This document shows, piece by piece, positions 1-33,500 of a stretch of 64,000 nucleotides of DNA. The notes beneath the pieces are model-generated. The model was given only the letters and a program-made list of their open reading frames with translations, had not been told where the DNA came from and ran no database searches. The stretch's first letter is position 1. Each line of letters begins with the position of its first letter. A program made the position numbers and the translations under genes. This stretch comes from Tubulanus polymorphus. Lineage: Eukaryota > Animalia > Nemertea. The stretch lies in assembly GCF_964204645.1 (NCBI RefSeq), contig NC_134032.1, positions 8,978,275 through 9,042,274 of the forward strand. Direction: 5' to 3'.

Positions 1-43
1 CCCAGGACAAAAACATTGTTTATTTGGTGATATTATTCTATAG

Positions 44-19516
<19,473 letters not shown>

Positions 19517-19607
19517 TATTCTGAAATAATCAATTCTGTATAAACACGTGACCTGTTGTGCCATTCTGCTGTACACATGACCAGTGACCTTCAGCCGGAG
19601 ATGCTGA

Positions 19608-19836
19608 CTGGGCCACCTTCGATTATCGGAGTTAGTCGACTATGGTCGAACTAAATGAAACCGAATGACCGTTAGTCGGAACTATGGTCAGGAAATGGTC
19701 GACCACGCAATTGAGCAGGGTCGCTATAGTTCGGACTTAGTTCCAAGACGCCGACACTGTGAAATACGTTACGACCGAACTAAAGTGTGTTCGGTCATTA
19801 GTTGCGACCACTAGTCGAAAACCGAAGTTCGCCCAG
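19608..19836. mobile_element. ~230-bp MITE; second copy 29769-30014
   Basis: TIR ctgggc.acttcg / cgaagttc.ccca and shared internal cgaactaa.tgaaaccgaatg, agttccaaga...ccgacac. Confidence 0.75.
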
Positions 19837-22700
19837 ACTGATGCTGGTTGTGGAATGTAACGAAACACTGCGAAATTAGTAAACTTAGTAATATTAGATT
19901 AAACAAGAAAGTATGTGAATCCACCAAAGGAATAGGTTTAGTTTTCTGTAACGAACTTTTTTCTGATTTAGTGGGGAGGTAGGGCGGATAGGTTATCCAA
20001 AGGATTCTGAAGAACTTTTTTCTATCGAAGCATCCACAACAAAAGCTAGATCTCGATATGACCCTCTTGCTGTACACAGCCAGTAACCAGTAATTCAACA
20101 GACAATGCTGTGTTTATCATTAACCTAATCTAAAGACTATGTCTAACCTGAAGGATCCTATGTAGGGCCCCTACGTAGACGCCGGTATTGATCGTGTTTA
20201 TGAGGTTTAAAAAATACACATAAAGCACGTACAAAATCTTTCATAATGAATATTACATCTATTTTTCTAGACACCGTACATACAAACCTAGTACTAAATT
20301 CCATGACCCCCATCCCCTCCCTATTTCGTACCTACTATTTGAACGAAGAAATTAAACGATTATATGTTTTTAGATTTTATAAGTACTTTTGTTACATTTT
20401 GTTACTATACTATACCTTTATATTTTATTATCAATACTATTATAAATATATTGATCATTATCATTATTATTAGAGATATCGAAATTATTATAATCCCGTT
20501 ATTATTATGTAGATGCTAGGCGCAATCTTGTCAAGTGATGAGAGCCTCGATGGACTTATAAAGGCCATCATTTGAACAGAAGACTCGTCTTTTCTGCTAC
20601 ATATTCCTTTGAGAATAAATCACTGAGACAGCTTCCCCTGACAGTGATTTCCCCACCTCATGCAAAGACCCAACGGTTAGATTACCCTATAGAATTCCCC
20701 TCTTGAAATTCCCTTATTATACAGAAAAATTTGTCTGAGTATTTTTTCTCGGATCCGCGTAAGAATTCTGCAAAAAATAACCAAAACTAAAATAAGAATT
20801 TCCTTTTAGTCCTTCGTGTTTTCATAACAATTTTTCCAAAAACAAAAATTCGGTCCGGTACCATTTTAAAACACATATTTAAAAACTTTCTTTTGTGATT
20901 GTCTATTCGATTTTTTCCCTTCTCCCTCCCAATCTTTTTGCACCGATAAAAAAATCCTTAGAGGACTTTATTTTCGGGGCCAAGTTTGGATGGGGTAATC
21001 TTACTGCGGAAAATGCCCGGGATAATGTCATGATACCAAATAGATGGTTTTGGAGCCTGAATCTTTATTCTCTGTATGTAATTAATTACATGTACCTCTA
21101 TAATTTAGAGTATGTTTGTCTTCTTTTTGTATCAATGTCATATTCGTTTTCTCCATATATACTGTTATATCTCGACTAGTATTCGTTAGGGAAGAGACGA
21201 AAGATTTAAGTCGGATTATATCTCCTCGAAGATCGTTACAAATTATTTGGGCTTTTGTCTTAGTAAACGTGATTATTAGAATGTACACAGCGTCAGGAGA
21301 GATTAGTTTATTTGATGTTGCCTTATCGATGCACAGTACTGACGCTGAGCCATTGGTTCAGTCGGGGGTTCACTGCTAGACGCTTCTGTCGGGACGTGTA
21401 TCTACACTACAAATCCGCCTGACATCATCGCCTATAATCATACCCAGATGCTGACGCTAGAAGACTTAAATCAAAAGTATAAACTTATATAATGTATATC
21501 GTGTATTTTGTAGCTTGTTGATATCGGTCGTCAATAAATATGTCAAAAGTTTAATTCTTGGTTTTTATTCGGCTTTGGGAATGGAAATCTCCCAGAAGGA
21601 CGAGTTGTCAATTGGATAAAACGGATACCGTGTCTGAAATCTTGGACGGTGGGTTGGACGAGATTGCCGCTTATATTACCCTTATACTGTCAAATGTGAC
21701 CAGCCGCTGTGATTGAGGAATCTTGATCGGTGTTTGGCAGCTTTTGGTCTGTATCGGATGGTTTTGGTCGATGTTTAGTCCTATCCCCGATAACCATCCA
21801 CGCCGCCCTTATTAAGTCCTGCCCAATATTCACTGGGACACAAAAGCACCCTCTCCAATGACGGATTAGTTGATTTCCAATATCTTAGGAGATTCACCAA
21901 GACGGCCATCTTAGAAATGTCTATGCAGATGAGGGCAAATTTTTTGTCATAAAGAGATTTATGGAAGCAGTTATATTTTTTGATGAAAATAAGTCTTTTT
22001 TCGTACAATAATTAGTACAGAATGGATTTAGAGAAAAAAATATGAGTACAGAAATACAAAAAGAACACCCTAACATGGAAAAAATTTATTTACAATGTGA
22101 ATAATTTAAGGATATAGATTGGAAAGGTACAACTTTTAATCTTATAGGCTAAATTGACCAAACAGATACAATGATACGTAGGTAAGTTGTTGACATCACA
22201 CATAGGCATAGATGTTTTGTCAAAATGAAACATCAAATTTACCTGTCAAACTTCATATTTTACGTTAATTTGATGTTTCATTTTGACGGTATATCAATGC
22301 CCGGGTTTTCCAGTTCTTCCGTGAAATTTACCTCAGCGATTATACAACGAGCATTCTGATTGGTGCCGCAAGTACCTGCGCACCCGATCTAGTGGCCGAG
22401 GGGCGACGTTCCTTCGTTGAGCGCATTTTTGACAGATTTGCACTGCTGGACTCAATTCCGGGCTCATTGCGTACGAACTTCCTGCAGCGCACGTTGCCGT
22501 ACGTTTTTTTTTTTTTTTTTGGTTTTCGCACGTGTGTGACGGGCGTTATGATGCGTGTCCAGACGTTATTCGATGTGTATTTCTATATTATACCAAGCTA
22601 AAAAATACCAGACTACAGCGATGCAGCTGATACGATTGGTACAGCTGACCAAGGACTGTATACGACACACCAGTGAGTTACGTGCCACGTAAGATGTTCG

Positions 22701-22820
22701 TGTGTAAACATACGGGCAGACTTAGTACGTGTCTCGTTAGCCTACCGGTGCTTCGTGAATTGTGTAAACATACGGGCAGACTTAGTACGTGTCTCGTTAG
22801 CCTACCGGTGCTTCGTGAAT
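22701..22820. repeat. Perfect 60-bp tandem duplication
   Basis: tgtgtaaacatacgggcagacttagtacgtgtctcgttagcctaccggtgcttcgtgaat x2. Confidence 0.95.
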
Positions 22821-24776
22821 ACGGTGCCTGCAACAGGTCGTGTGGTAATTCTATAAGGGTGGACGTATTGATCAGGAAAACTTCGATTCAATACTCCTCG
22901 AGAATACAATACGTTTCTATAGGTCTCGATTCTTAGTTATTCAAATTGATGCTGAGGTTAGCGTTTTGATCATAAAGTTGAATGCAGTTTATTGACAAAA
23001 TGCTCAAAATTCTTGTGCAATATTAATTAAGCCATCCATATCTATGATACGTACTACGATTCGATTGTTAATAAAGAGCTTCCGGTCTTGAGCCGAGAGG
23101 TAAAATGCATCACGCGTCAGGTTGGTGACTATGGAGTGCGCACGATTAGCTTTAAAATTGAGATTGATTGGCCCCAGCGGGTAGATAGGTCGTCTTTAAA
23201 AGCGAAGTATTGATTGTACTATAGTCGGTTGACTAGGTTCCTGGCAGGGGTATTCATAGCAATTCAAGATGTCACACGGAGGAAGATGTCAAAGTAGCGG
23301 TAATTGGCTGCTGTCGTATGGCATTTTGTCTGGGGGAAATTTGGTGATTTTGCAGGGGGAAGTGGCACCTGATTAGATGTCAAAAGAGGCTGTAACGTTT
23401 ACGAGCCATGTTTTCTGGCTAGATTTAGTAGAGTACTCTGTGATTATATATAGCTGATTATCAACTCACAATACCAAAATAATATACCTATGATATGTAA
23501 TTTGATTCAAAATATGACACATGTTGAAGGTTTAATTGATCTGATGATGCCTGTACTTTCAGCACAGATTTTAGTAGATTATAAGGCCACGTATATTCAA
23601 TAGTAAAAACGCGAGACAAAATTTGCAGTTTGGGATGGGAAACACAGGTTCTTCCGGCGGCTTCGAATTGAGCATCTGGTGCGTAGGTATCGAATTTAAA
23701 CGAAATTTACCACTAGAACCCGTAATCTCTGTGATTCTAACTCCAACGCATGTGTATCAAAATAATCCTTCTTACGCCGGTTCCACAAACGATAATTAAG
23801 TCCAAAAGTCGTCTTAAATCTTAAGTTGTTAGATTGGCTATAGAATAAGCTGGTCTTCGACTGGTCTTAGACTGGTCTTAAGTCTAAGCCATGACTATGG
23901 AACAACTGGTTGCGGGGCCAATCATCAATCCTGAAATTACGGACCAAAACGTCGCACGGAGAGCAGGTGTGACAGACATAGGTTTGTATAGTCGAATTTG
24001 ATAAGAGATTCATTCTTTTGAACGTTAGCTGTCTGGAAAGGGGGAATGATAACAATCACGACGAATACTATGAGTTTTTCTGACGATGGTAAAAAAACAA
24101 AAACAAAATCTCGCATCCGTTAAATGTAGGTGAACACAATTAACCAATCAAGTGACCGTTTCGCATAACGCTCATTGTCGATTTCCGTTTATTGAATAAC
24201 AATCGGAGATATTTTGGCATTCAGAACGCTCACTTTAGGCTAAACAAATCATTCTTTTTACGGTGTTGATTTCGATGATTGATTACGTTTTAGATTTGAT
24301 CGCCGAAAACGATTGCATAGTTTCAATTCCCAACGCAACGTCCCACACTACTAAGAGACTAGACTACTTCGATTTTGGCGCGGATCCAGATACGTGTAAA
24401 GTGGATTCAAGCCGAGAGAATTTCGCAGACTATGAAGCAAAAAAAAACACGAATTCCGCACTTGATGAAATTCACGTTCTTCCTCAAACTGAAAACGCTG
24501 TAAATCAAGAGTGAGGCAAATGAAGTGTTTTTAGACTAAGAAGCTAACTCGTTGAGATATCGATCCAACATGCCCCCTCGCCTTTATTTCTACAGTAGGC
24601 CTGAACACTTTGTGAGCTCTCCATTCCTGATTGATAGTTTGAATCCTTAGAGTTTCTTTCATTCTAACGTCAAATTCTGTTATAATAAATCAGTTATTCA
24701 GAGGTTCAATGTTGGTTTCGTCTGATCAGAAAACTACTAAATCAAAACGTAAAACAGTAATGGACTTATACCCTTA

Positions 24777-25717
24777 GGGTATTGCATAGTATAGTTCCTT
24801 CGCGTATGCTTACTGCGTTGTTCGGTTAATGTGTATCCCACAGAAAGTTGTCATGTCGACACATTCACATCGCCAGCCATTAACATTCCATGTGTCAACG
24901 TGTCGACGTGTCTGCCAACCAACAAATTCACTATTAACGATCTATTAACCTGATACACCAAACACACCACGTGACCAAACACATGATAAACCCCATACTT
25001 AATACAAATTGCATTTCTATTTTTCTTTAGTCAATTCCAGTTCTCTGATATTAGTTGATATTAGTTTCAACACGGTTAAGCATTCAAATTCACAGGAGAT
25101 TCATTATTTATTTTCATCACTGTCATCGTGAGATGCGCCTTCAAAAAAAAACAAACGTGGGGACGGTGAAATATGGCATTGTTCACATTGCTACAGAACG
25201 ACGTCGATACGTGCCGGCTCTTTTTTTTCAAAATCAAAAATGAAACTTTCGCAGCTGATGCTTATAGTTTACTGTTTCGGTTTAGATTTACGTCTCTTGT
25301 TTGTTTGTGTTTTGTGGTCACCAGTCAACCAGTCAGCCCACGATGCTTGTACATACATTGGCGACAACATTGCGACGTGTCGTCCGTCGACCGTCAACCA
25401 GCGGATGATATAGTCTCTCATTTTTGTCACCACGATCCTTGTACATAAATTGGCGACAACATTGCATCGTGTCATCCGTCGACCGTCAACCAGCGGGTGA
25501 GATATGCACTCCATCATCTCTTCAATGAGCCAACCAACAAACTACCAACAGTAGTCAACTGTCACTAGTCGTCGGTCAACCTGTACATAAACTGTTCCTT
25601 TGCTGCGCATTAATACCCAATTCTCAATGTATTCATGCGCCAATGTATTAATGCGCTGATACATTAACCGCACAACTTGTTAACTCTACGCCAAGGCACT
25701 ATACTATGCTATATCCG
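24777..25717. mobile_element. ~940-bp TIR element with internal direct repeats
   Basis: gcatagtatagt...cggttaatgtgtatc vs gatacattaaccg...actatactatgc; internal ~60-bp duplicate ttggcgacaacattgc...cgtcgaccgtcaaccagcgg at ~25349 and ~25440. Confidence 0.6.
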
Positions 25718-27566
25718 ACTTGGGCCCAGTAATGCTTATAACAGTTTCACTCGCAACATTTACACTTCCTACCGCTATTACCATTCTCACCGGAACAAAT
25801 AAATTTTCTACACGACATATTTACACAGTTTTCACACGGTAACTTTCTGGCAAATTTCTACATATATCTTTTACTGGGTAAAGAAATTCGTGAATATTTC
25901 TGTATGAAAATCCGCCCTAAATAGAAAATTAAAAAAGCCATCGTTTTTCATATCAAAATCAAACATAGTTGATTTCGCGCTTTTGATACCGTATTAACTT
26001 AAGATGACAGTTATGTAATTCCTTCAATCGCACGTAAAATGTGATCATTCACTAAAAGCGTAATAAGGAATAATTACTCTAGCGACAATATTTGTATATA
26101 TAAACCCATGCAGTCTGTATAATCAAACTTCTGCTTAACCAAGAGAAACCGAAAGTAATCGCTTGAAAATGAACGTAGATAAAAATCCCCCAGTAAGAAT
26201 CCCCCTGGTCCTAATAGAAAATGATCACTCCTAGCGGTCACTTTATATGAAAAGAAATATAGAATATCTATGTGTCATGATATGAGGATTTGATTGTAAA
26301 TAGATAGCATAGGTTCTCAACTTAAAGATATAGTTTGTAAATAGATATAATTATAATATTGCATTACGTATAATCTTAATTACACAGTGTGGTTGTAGGG
26401 AGATGAGCCGACACCTAAAAATCGGCGATGAATACTATTTCATGGAGTATACTTTTTTCGAAAGTTTAAGAAGTCGGTACATACCGCAGCAACTAGTAAA
26501 TTTCCCTAATTTAAGAAAATTGAATCGCTTTACATTACAATACCCAAATATCTTTAAAGAATCTAGCAGTATTTACAAAGAAGGCACATAGCCTCATCTA
26601 GCCATCGCTGTGCACGGGAGCAGCACATCGACCTAGTATCCAATAGAAATACATTTTAGAAATAATTAACCAAGCTTAGGACATCGCGGTAGTTCTACTA
26701 CTTTGGGAAATATTGGACTTCGACACGATACTATTGGAGGGATCTGTATACATCTAGAACATTTTTGATAAACTTAACCAGTTGTAGATTCGTCGGAATT
26801 CGGTAAGTAAGTTATAATCAAAGATGAAATTTAGTTCGTCGCCTAAAACGTTGCATGATCTATCGGTTCTTGGAAAATGGAGATTTCAACATGTATTTCC
26901 AACAAGGTAAAAGATAGAGGAGGGAGAGCAGCTACATGTACAGACAACAAGAGGTTGTGTCGGCTGGATGCTGCAGCGACTATTCTAGTCTAGTTACACC
27001 CGGAAGATTCTCCGCTGCCATTCGCGTTGTATTGAGTTGACGCAGTAGCGCGTGGTCGCGGTAGTTGCGGCGTGATGCTCACGCCTACGAGCAATCGTTC
27101 TCGTAGGGCTAACGTACACGTCGTTCATGTACTCGTATCAGAGAGCTACGCTTCAAAACCCCATCGTCCGAGAGCTTAGAGATATTAATCAGCGGAACTG
27201 CCTCGACGCGGCGGAAAGATTTGAAGGAGAACCGCGGCAAGACCGGATTTCACGCGCAGCTTCAAACGGCGGTTCGTTACGTAAGATTCAATCAGTAACG
27301 TAAAAGCACGTTCGTCAGATGAACCGAGTTATAGTTCACTTCCAACGTCTGAAGTTCAGCGCATTTCTAGCCAGCTGTAGATTGGTTAATTCCTGTTGGC
27401 GAACAAAGCTAAACATGCGACGTATATTTTATGATTTCGGATTAATAGACGCTTGAACGATAAATGGCTCGTTTGCGTTACGCGTTGCAAAAATGACGCA
27501 TAGTAATTCAGAGAATTAATTGATTAATTAGCGCGTTAATTGAATGATTTAAGCGATTGAATCGAA

Positions 27567-30500
27567 ATGCAACTTAATTCAACGATAAGTATGGAAGGTG
27601 ATGTACGGATTTCGGGTGCTAACTCGTCCCCGCTGCAGGTGACCGGGCTGCCCGGTGAAACAATAATACCGGCTTTGGATTACGTGCTGGCATGTATCCT
27701 AGGAACGGTCGGTTTATCGACATTCCTTATCAATTCATTCATCGTAGCTGTGTTTGCAAGGTGAGTGATCCCCTCCCAATTGTGATGGGTTTAATTTTAC
27801 CGCGCATCCAGTGCCACTTTTCGTGGATTTTATATTTGAGCCTGGAACTGTTCCACATAATGTGCGGGTTAATTTGGCTGCAGATCTAGTTCCAAAATGT
27901 GACTTTCGTGTGTCTTTCTGTGTCTTTCGTTAGTTCTGGCTCCAGTTCTACAGTGTTTTGTGGGTTCTATCTCAACCGGGAACCAGCACTACACTGTGGG
28001 GCTTCATTTGAGCCTGGAACTATTCCAATGGCTTCATTTGACTTAAATTCCACAGTTGCGTTGGTTTCAATATGCGTTGTTCCGCATATGATTGGATGTC
28101 ATTTGTCTTTGGCTCCAGTTCCACGGTTGATAGGGTTTACTTTCTTCAACACGCTGGCTCCACGTGCGACATTATAAGCTGGTTCGGTTATAAGCCGGTG
28201 CTCCTTTTTCTCAATTAAGGGGAGAGAAATCAGCCGATTCTGTTGCCGTGCCTCATCGTGAAGGTCTATCAGTTGTGTGGGTTTCTTTTGTCACTGGCTC
28301 CAGCATTCACACAGCTATTCACACAGCTGTACTATTCACACAACTGTAAATTCTATTGCAATTTTGTCAGCATACATAAATCATGGAGATTTTTTTCCAT
28401 ATAGATTTTTATAGAAAAACACATAACACATTTATTAATTTTCTAACAAAAATCAAAGCTACGTCAACTGTATTTCATTGTCCATAGAAACTGCGCTTAG
28501 TAGCCTAAAAAAAACGAGGAAAAAAAATCCTTTTCAGATCTTTGTTTACACCGTTGGCTTAGTGGCAAAATCTATTTTGAATCCTTTTTAAAAGAGAGTG
28601 TTATTCAAGGAGATCATATTGTTACCTCGAAGAAATTTCTTACGGCGTACCGGTAATGATGGTTATTACGCAATGACATGTTTGTATGTGTGCATATGTG
28701 TGAAGCTGTATTTCAAAAGCCACCCTGTGAATATCATTTACTTAAGACGGCGCAATTAACTTTTGACCTGCTGAAGTTACGGATCCGCCAGGTGCGCTAG
28801 TAGGTAACAGGTATACCCCACTTATAATACTTAAGGTGACGAATCCCATTTTCTGTTTGACTGTACCTTGCTTAACGAACCCCGCAAAAACTATTTGAAT
28901 TTGAATACCTTTAATACCCTTGATATTGAAAAACCCAACGGTCAAATTAGCTAAATTCATTAAGACCGGCTTAGATGTATATAGATCCCTCTAATAGTAT
29001 ATATAGTATTGTAAATAGTTGATGTATATATATCTTGTTACGTTTTCATTCTCTAAATTTTAATCACTTCAGTGTTGTTTTGTAAATATTTGTACATACA
29101 TGTACCATGGAAATGGTTGGAGTGTAAATAAAATCGTAAATCGTAAATCGTAAATCGTAAAAACCACCCGGTAAAACTTCCCCCGGTATATATCCGGTTG
29201 AAAAGCTTAAATAATTTTCAAAAATTTCAAATTTTCCGTGGTGTTTTTCACAATATTCACCTTGGTAAATCTGCGATTTTTACCAAGCTACGTGCATAAC
29301 AATGACATTATCCTGTGACTTTTAAATCACATTATCGTAGTTGAAAAATTTCTATAAAGAAAAATCTAGTTTGTAATAGTAAAATATCTACGTAGGCCTA
29401 CCCTAAGCATTATTGTAAAAAGTATTATCTGTTTTCATTTAGGTTTTATACTTAAATTTCATAGAAAACTTGACTTTTAACGGCTTTTTACCGTGTGGGA
29501 TTTTTACCTACATTCATGCTTGGAGTATTGATTACTCCAAGATTCGCGCTAAGCTACCCGGTCTTACGTATACGCTAAATTCGAATTAAAAATCGAGTAA
29601 AAGCCTATCCGAACTGAATCCATTATAAATGATAACATACGCCATGGACACTTAGCGTAGAAAAGTGAATTTATCACAGGCTCGTATATGATGTCGGATG
29701 ATTTAGTTCAAAGTTGAAAAAAATTATGTTTACCTGCGTAAAACTGACTGTATCTTAATCGCGCACATCTGGGCAACTTCGGTTATCGGAGTTGATCGAC
29801 CATTTGCGAACTAAGTGAAACCGAATGTCAGTTATTCGGCACTATAGTCCATAAATAGTGAACCAAGGGATTGTACACGGTCGCTGCAGTTCGGCACTCA
29901 GTTCCAAGATGGCCGACACCGTGAAACGCGCAAAGACCGAACTACGTTTATAGTGCGATCAGCTATTAGCTCTGACCACTAGTCGGCTAACTACAAAAAC
30001 CGAAGTTCACCCATGGTTGCAAAGCCGTTATTTCTGATTGGAGATAAATCTAGATCAAGAAAGCTTGTGCCACCGCCTGAGCGCGCCTACCCCGCCACCA
30101 ACATCAATTCCATTTTTCGAAATCATTTTTATTTCCAATTTCAGATATCGTTCGGTGAGGAATCATGGTAACATTCTTATAATCAACCTGGTCGTCTGTG
30201 ATATGTTGATGGTGTCTCTTGGAATACCATCCGTTGTGATATCACTATTTATCGGACGGGACCCTCTCGGTGATGTAGGTACGTCTCATCCCGGCTCGCG
30301 GTAAAATACCCTAGTAATAATTCACGATTGTTAAATACCCCACCTTTTGAATCGAATGCAAATATAGTACAATCTTAAAGTTCACTTTTTCATATTCATT
30401 TGTTAAAATAAATTGCAGCTTGGTTCAAAAACAATTACCAATTAAAAGTTCATCAGTTCTAGATTTCATTTATATTCTTCATTTTCATGATCGAAAAAAG

Positions 30501-33500
30501 GCAAAAACTAACTAAAAACGATAACAATGAATTCATATAACTTTAAAAACATCATGCTTTGAAATTTTTTGTTTCAAATTGTCAAGTGGAGATTTGAACC
30601 TATTTTGAGGGAAAAGGGATGTTTACCTACATTCTACAACTACCCTTTATCGTCTGATTCTAATGTACATCGAATGTACATCTAATGTACATCTATACTG
30701 ACGTGCGAAATATCGCCATCGGCCTAATACTCAAATCTAACGGCCGCTAGTCAGATCACCTCAAACAAACGACGGTGCTCTCTTATACGCTTATATTTTG
30801 AATTTCGCATTATTTTTTCCCCGATTGTGGAATTCTGGACTTCCTTCCGCTTATTAGTGATTTAGAATCTCGACCTACCACGAGACTATCTGAAAAGTTT
30901 TTTTGCCATCTTTTTGGAAGCGTCACAATGGCGTCTTAGGGGGGTTGATAGTGGCAGCCAATAATTTTTTCTGGAAGGGTCTTTACGGGGTGAATCAACG
31001 ATGCTATATTGATATTCATCTGGGTAGAGGGCTGGCAATAATTTTTACAATAGTCTTTAGGTTATCTTCTATTGAAGGGTCTTTAAAAGGGTCTTTGATG
31101 GTGTCAAGGTGGAATTTATGGATGTGACACTGCAGAATGCTGCATCAGCGGATTCAAATTACTCACGGTCATTTGTCTGTGCGTGGAAAATCTTAGTTTG
31201 AAGTCAAGGCTATTTTTCTTCGACTTCACAAAGTTCAAAACTGTCACGATTTTGACCAGATTTTTATTGGATCGTGTTTCGACCAAGTCATGTGGAGTCG
31301 TGACATGTAAATTTGAAATTGGAGAAGTTGTTGTTAAAATTGGTGCTATCCATGTCTGTTCGTGACTTTTTACTAATGTGGGTATCAATACGTTGCGTCC
31401 TTTTCACCGTGTATAGTCTGGAGCGATTAATGTTTGAAAGTTTGCTGATAGAATGGCCAAGTTTTATGTTGGCAGTTGACCATATTGAAAACGTGGAATC
31501 CTGGAACAACCCGCTTGAAGTGCCGACAATCACCTTTTGATTGTGGGCTGATAGAATGTCTAATTGTGAGTTCGAGTTAATTCTTTGATAAAATCAGTTC
31601 GTTTTCAATGTTTTAACGCTAAGAGTTTTAACTCAGGGAACTGTACAACTGGATTCTGGTGTTTGGAAGCGAAAAACCCGCAATAAGATGAAACGACTAG
31701 GAGAGAATCTATGAGCCATTCTCAACATCTAAAACCATCAAACTGTCATAACGTAATCTATAGTTATCACTAAGTATAGGCGTGGGGTGTGAACTTATGA
31801 TACAGGATCTAGCGTCAAAATAAACAATGGTTTTAAGCGTCAACCGTTGAGGCAACGTAACAAAACTTAATGATATACATAACATGGTCATCATTTGATC
31901 GAAGAAGTTCATAAAGATCATCAGAGATGATGCGTACACAAGATTATTGCTGTGACAGTTCGATCAGATGTATACATTCATCAGTGTCGTATAGCATAAC
32001 TGTCCATGATTATCACCGGCGATAGGCGAGTGGGTGTGAACTTACGAAACCGGATCTGGGTCTGTCAACATTAACCGCACGTGTCATTATCAGTGCCCGT
32101 TGTCAATTAATTATAACGAACGCGACCGAAACGCTACGTTTCATAACATCGCCGCGTGACGCCCATGAGAATAACAATTACCCGAAGTAAGCTGAAGGTT
32201 ATTATCATCAATGGGCGTTTTCAGTTCGATATTCAAATCTCTGTGTTCCAGAAGTTTCCAGTTTCTAGGCGCCATTTTGTGGCGGTCCCTCGAGGTCCCC
32301 ATTGTTACGATGATTTGCGCTCATTTTTAAAACATAAGTTTAGATTGAATATCATATAGTTCTGCAGCCCCTTGCTCGACGAAATCAATTTATACACCAT
32401 TTTAAAGGAAATGAAATGCAGATATTTGCTGGCGATTCTTGGAATTTTTGAACGCAAAAATTGAGAACAGTGACGATGTGAAACCAAGGTCCATATCTTA
32501 ACCGCGCGTAAAAGAAACCGCAATATCTATTAATTTTGAAATATCTAAGTATCTCTTGAAGCTTTGTTTCCAATTTTCACAGAGGTTAAAGGGGGTAATT
32601 TGCAGTTTAAGCCTGCGTTAAAATCTTTTGAATATCTTTTCTGACGACTGATCTGTACCCGCTTGAATTTGAGATTACGCGCAAAAGGGGTCTCCCACTG
32701 CGCATTGCAATTTCACTGAACATTGAGATTTGCGACAAGAAATCTTTAAATGCAATTTGATTTCTTCACATTTTCCATGGGGATATTTTGAGATGATAAT
32801 CCATATCTTGTTTGTACCGTATTTTGGCGGGGGCAATTCGTTTAGCTGGTTTCGGGGTCCGGTTTGTCCCGCTATTGAAGTTTGAACGGCCCAGTTGAGG
32901 AATATTGTCGTATACAGCCCATCCAGCCTAGCGCCGATTTTGTGTTCGGTGAAATCAAACGTTTTAGAGTCGATGGTGAAATGTGCCAGTCAATTTAAAC
33001 GCTTAGGACATATTTAACACATATCCCTCTCTGGTAATCCCTCATTCTGGGATCATACGATGAATTTACTGAATCTCAACCTTCTTGCTGGAAAACATCG
33101 ACCAGAAAACCTTACTGATATAAAATTCCAATATAATATTTAAAGGGGTTCAGATCTGTCCCCCATTTGATATTCTGTTTTAGGGGGTCAACGTCCAGTT
33201 TGGCAACTTTCAGCTGCGCCACATATTCAAAAATATATAAAAACTTAGAATTTTTTTCTAGTGTCCAACCATGAGTGGTACATTCGTTTGAAACGCAAAT
33301 TAGGTTCTCAACTAGGCCACATTTGCAACCAACACGGAAAGTCCCCACTCTTACAAGAAATCCTTTAATTTCCCAACGCTACAAAACTCGAATTCATCAA
33401 AACACTCAAAGTCCATTTTCAACCATACGAAAATAAAGGTAATATATAACCATCAGAAGCAATATTAGTAATTACAAACCAGTATAAAATCCTATTTCTG

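Noticed and set aside
30903-31540. Cluster of short overlapping ORFs in opsin intron 2
   Set aside because: No recognisable motifs or consistent splice signals; probably a decayed repeat.
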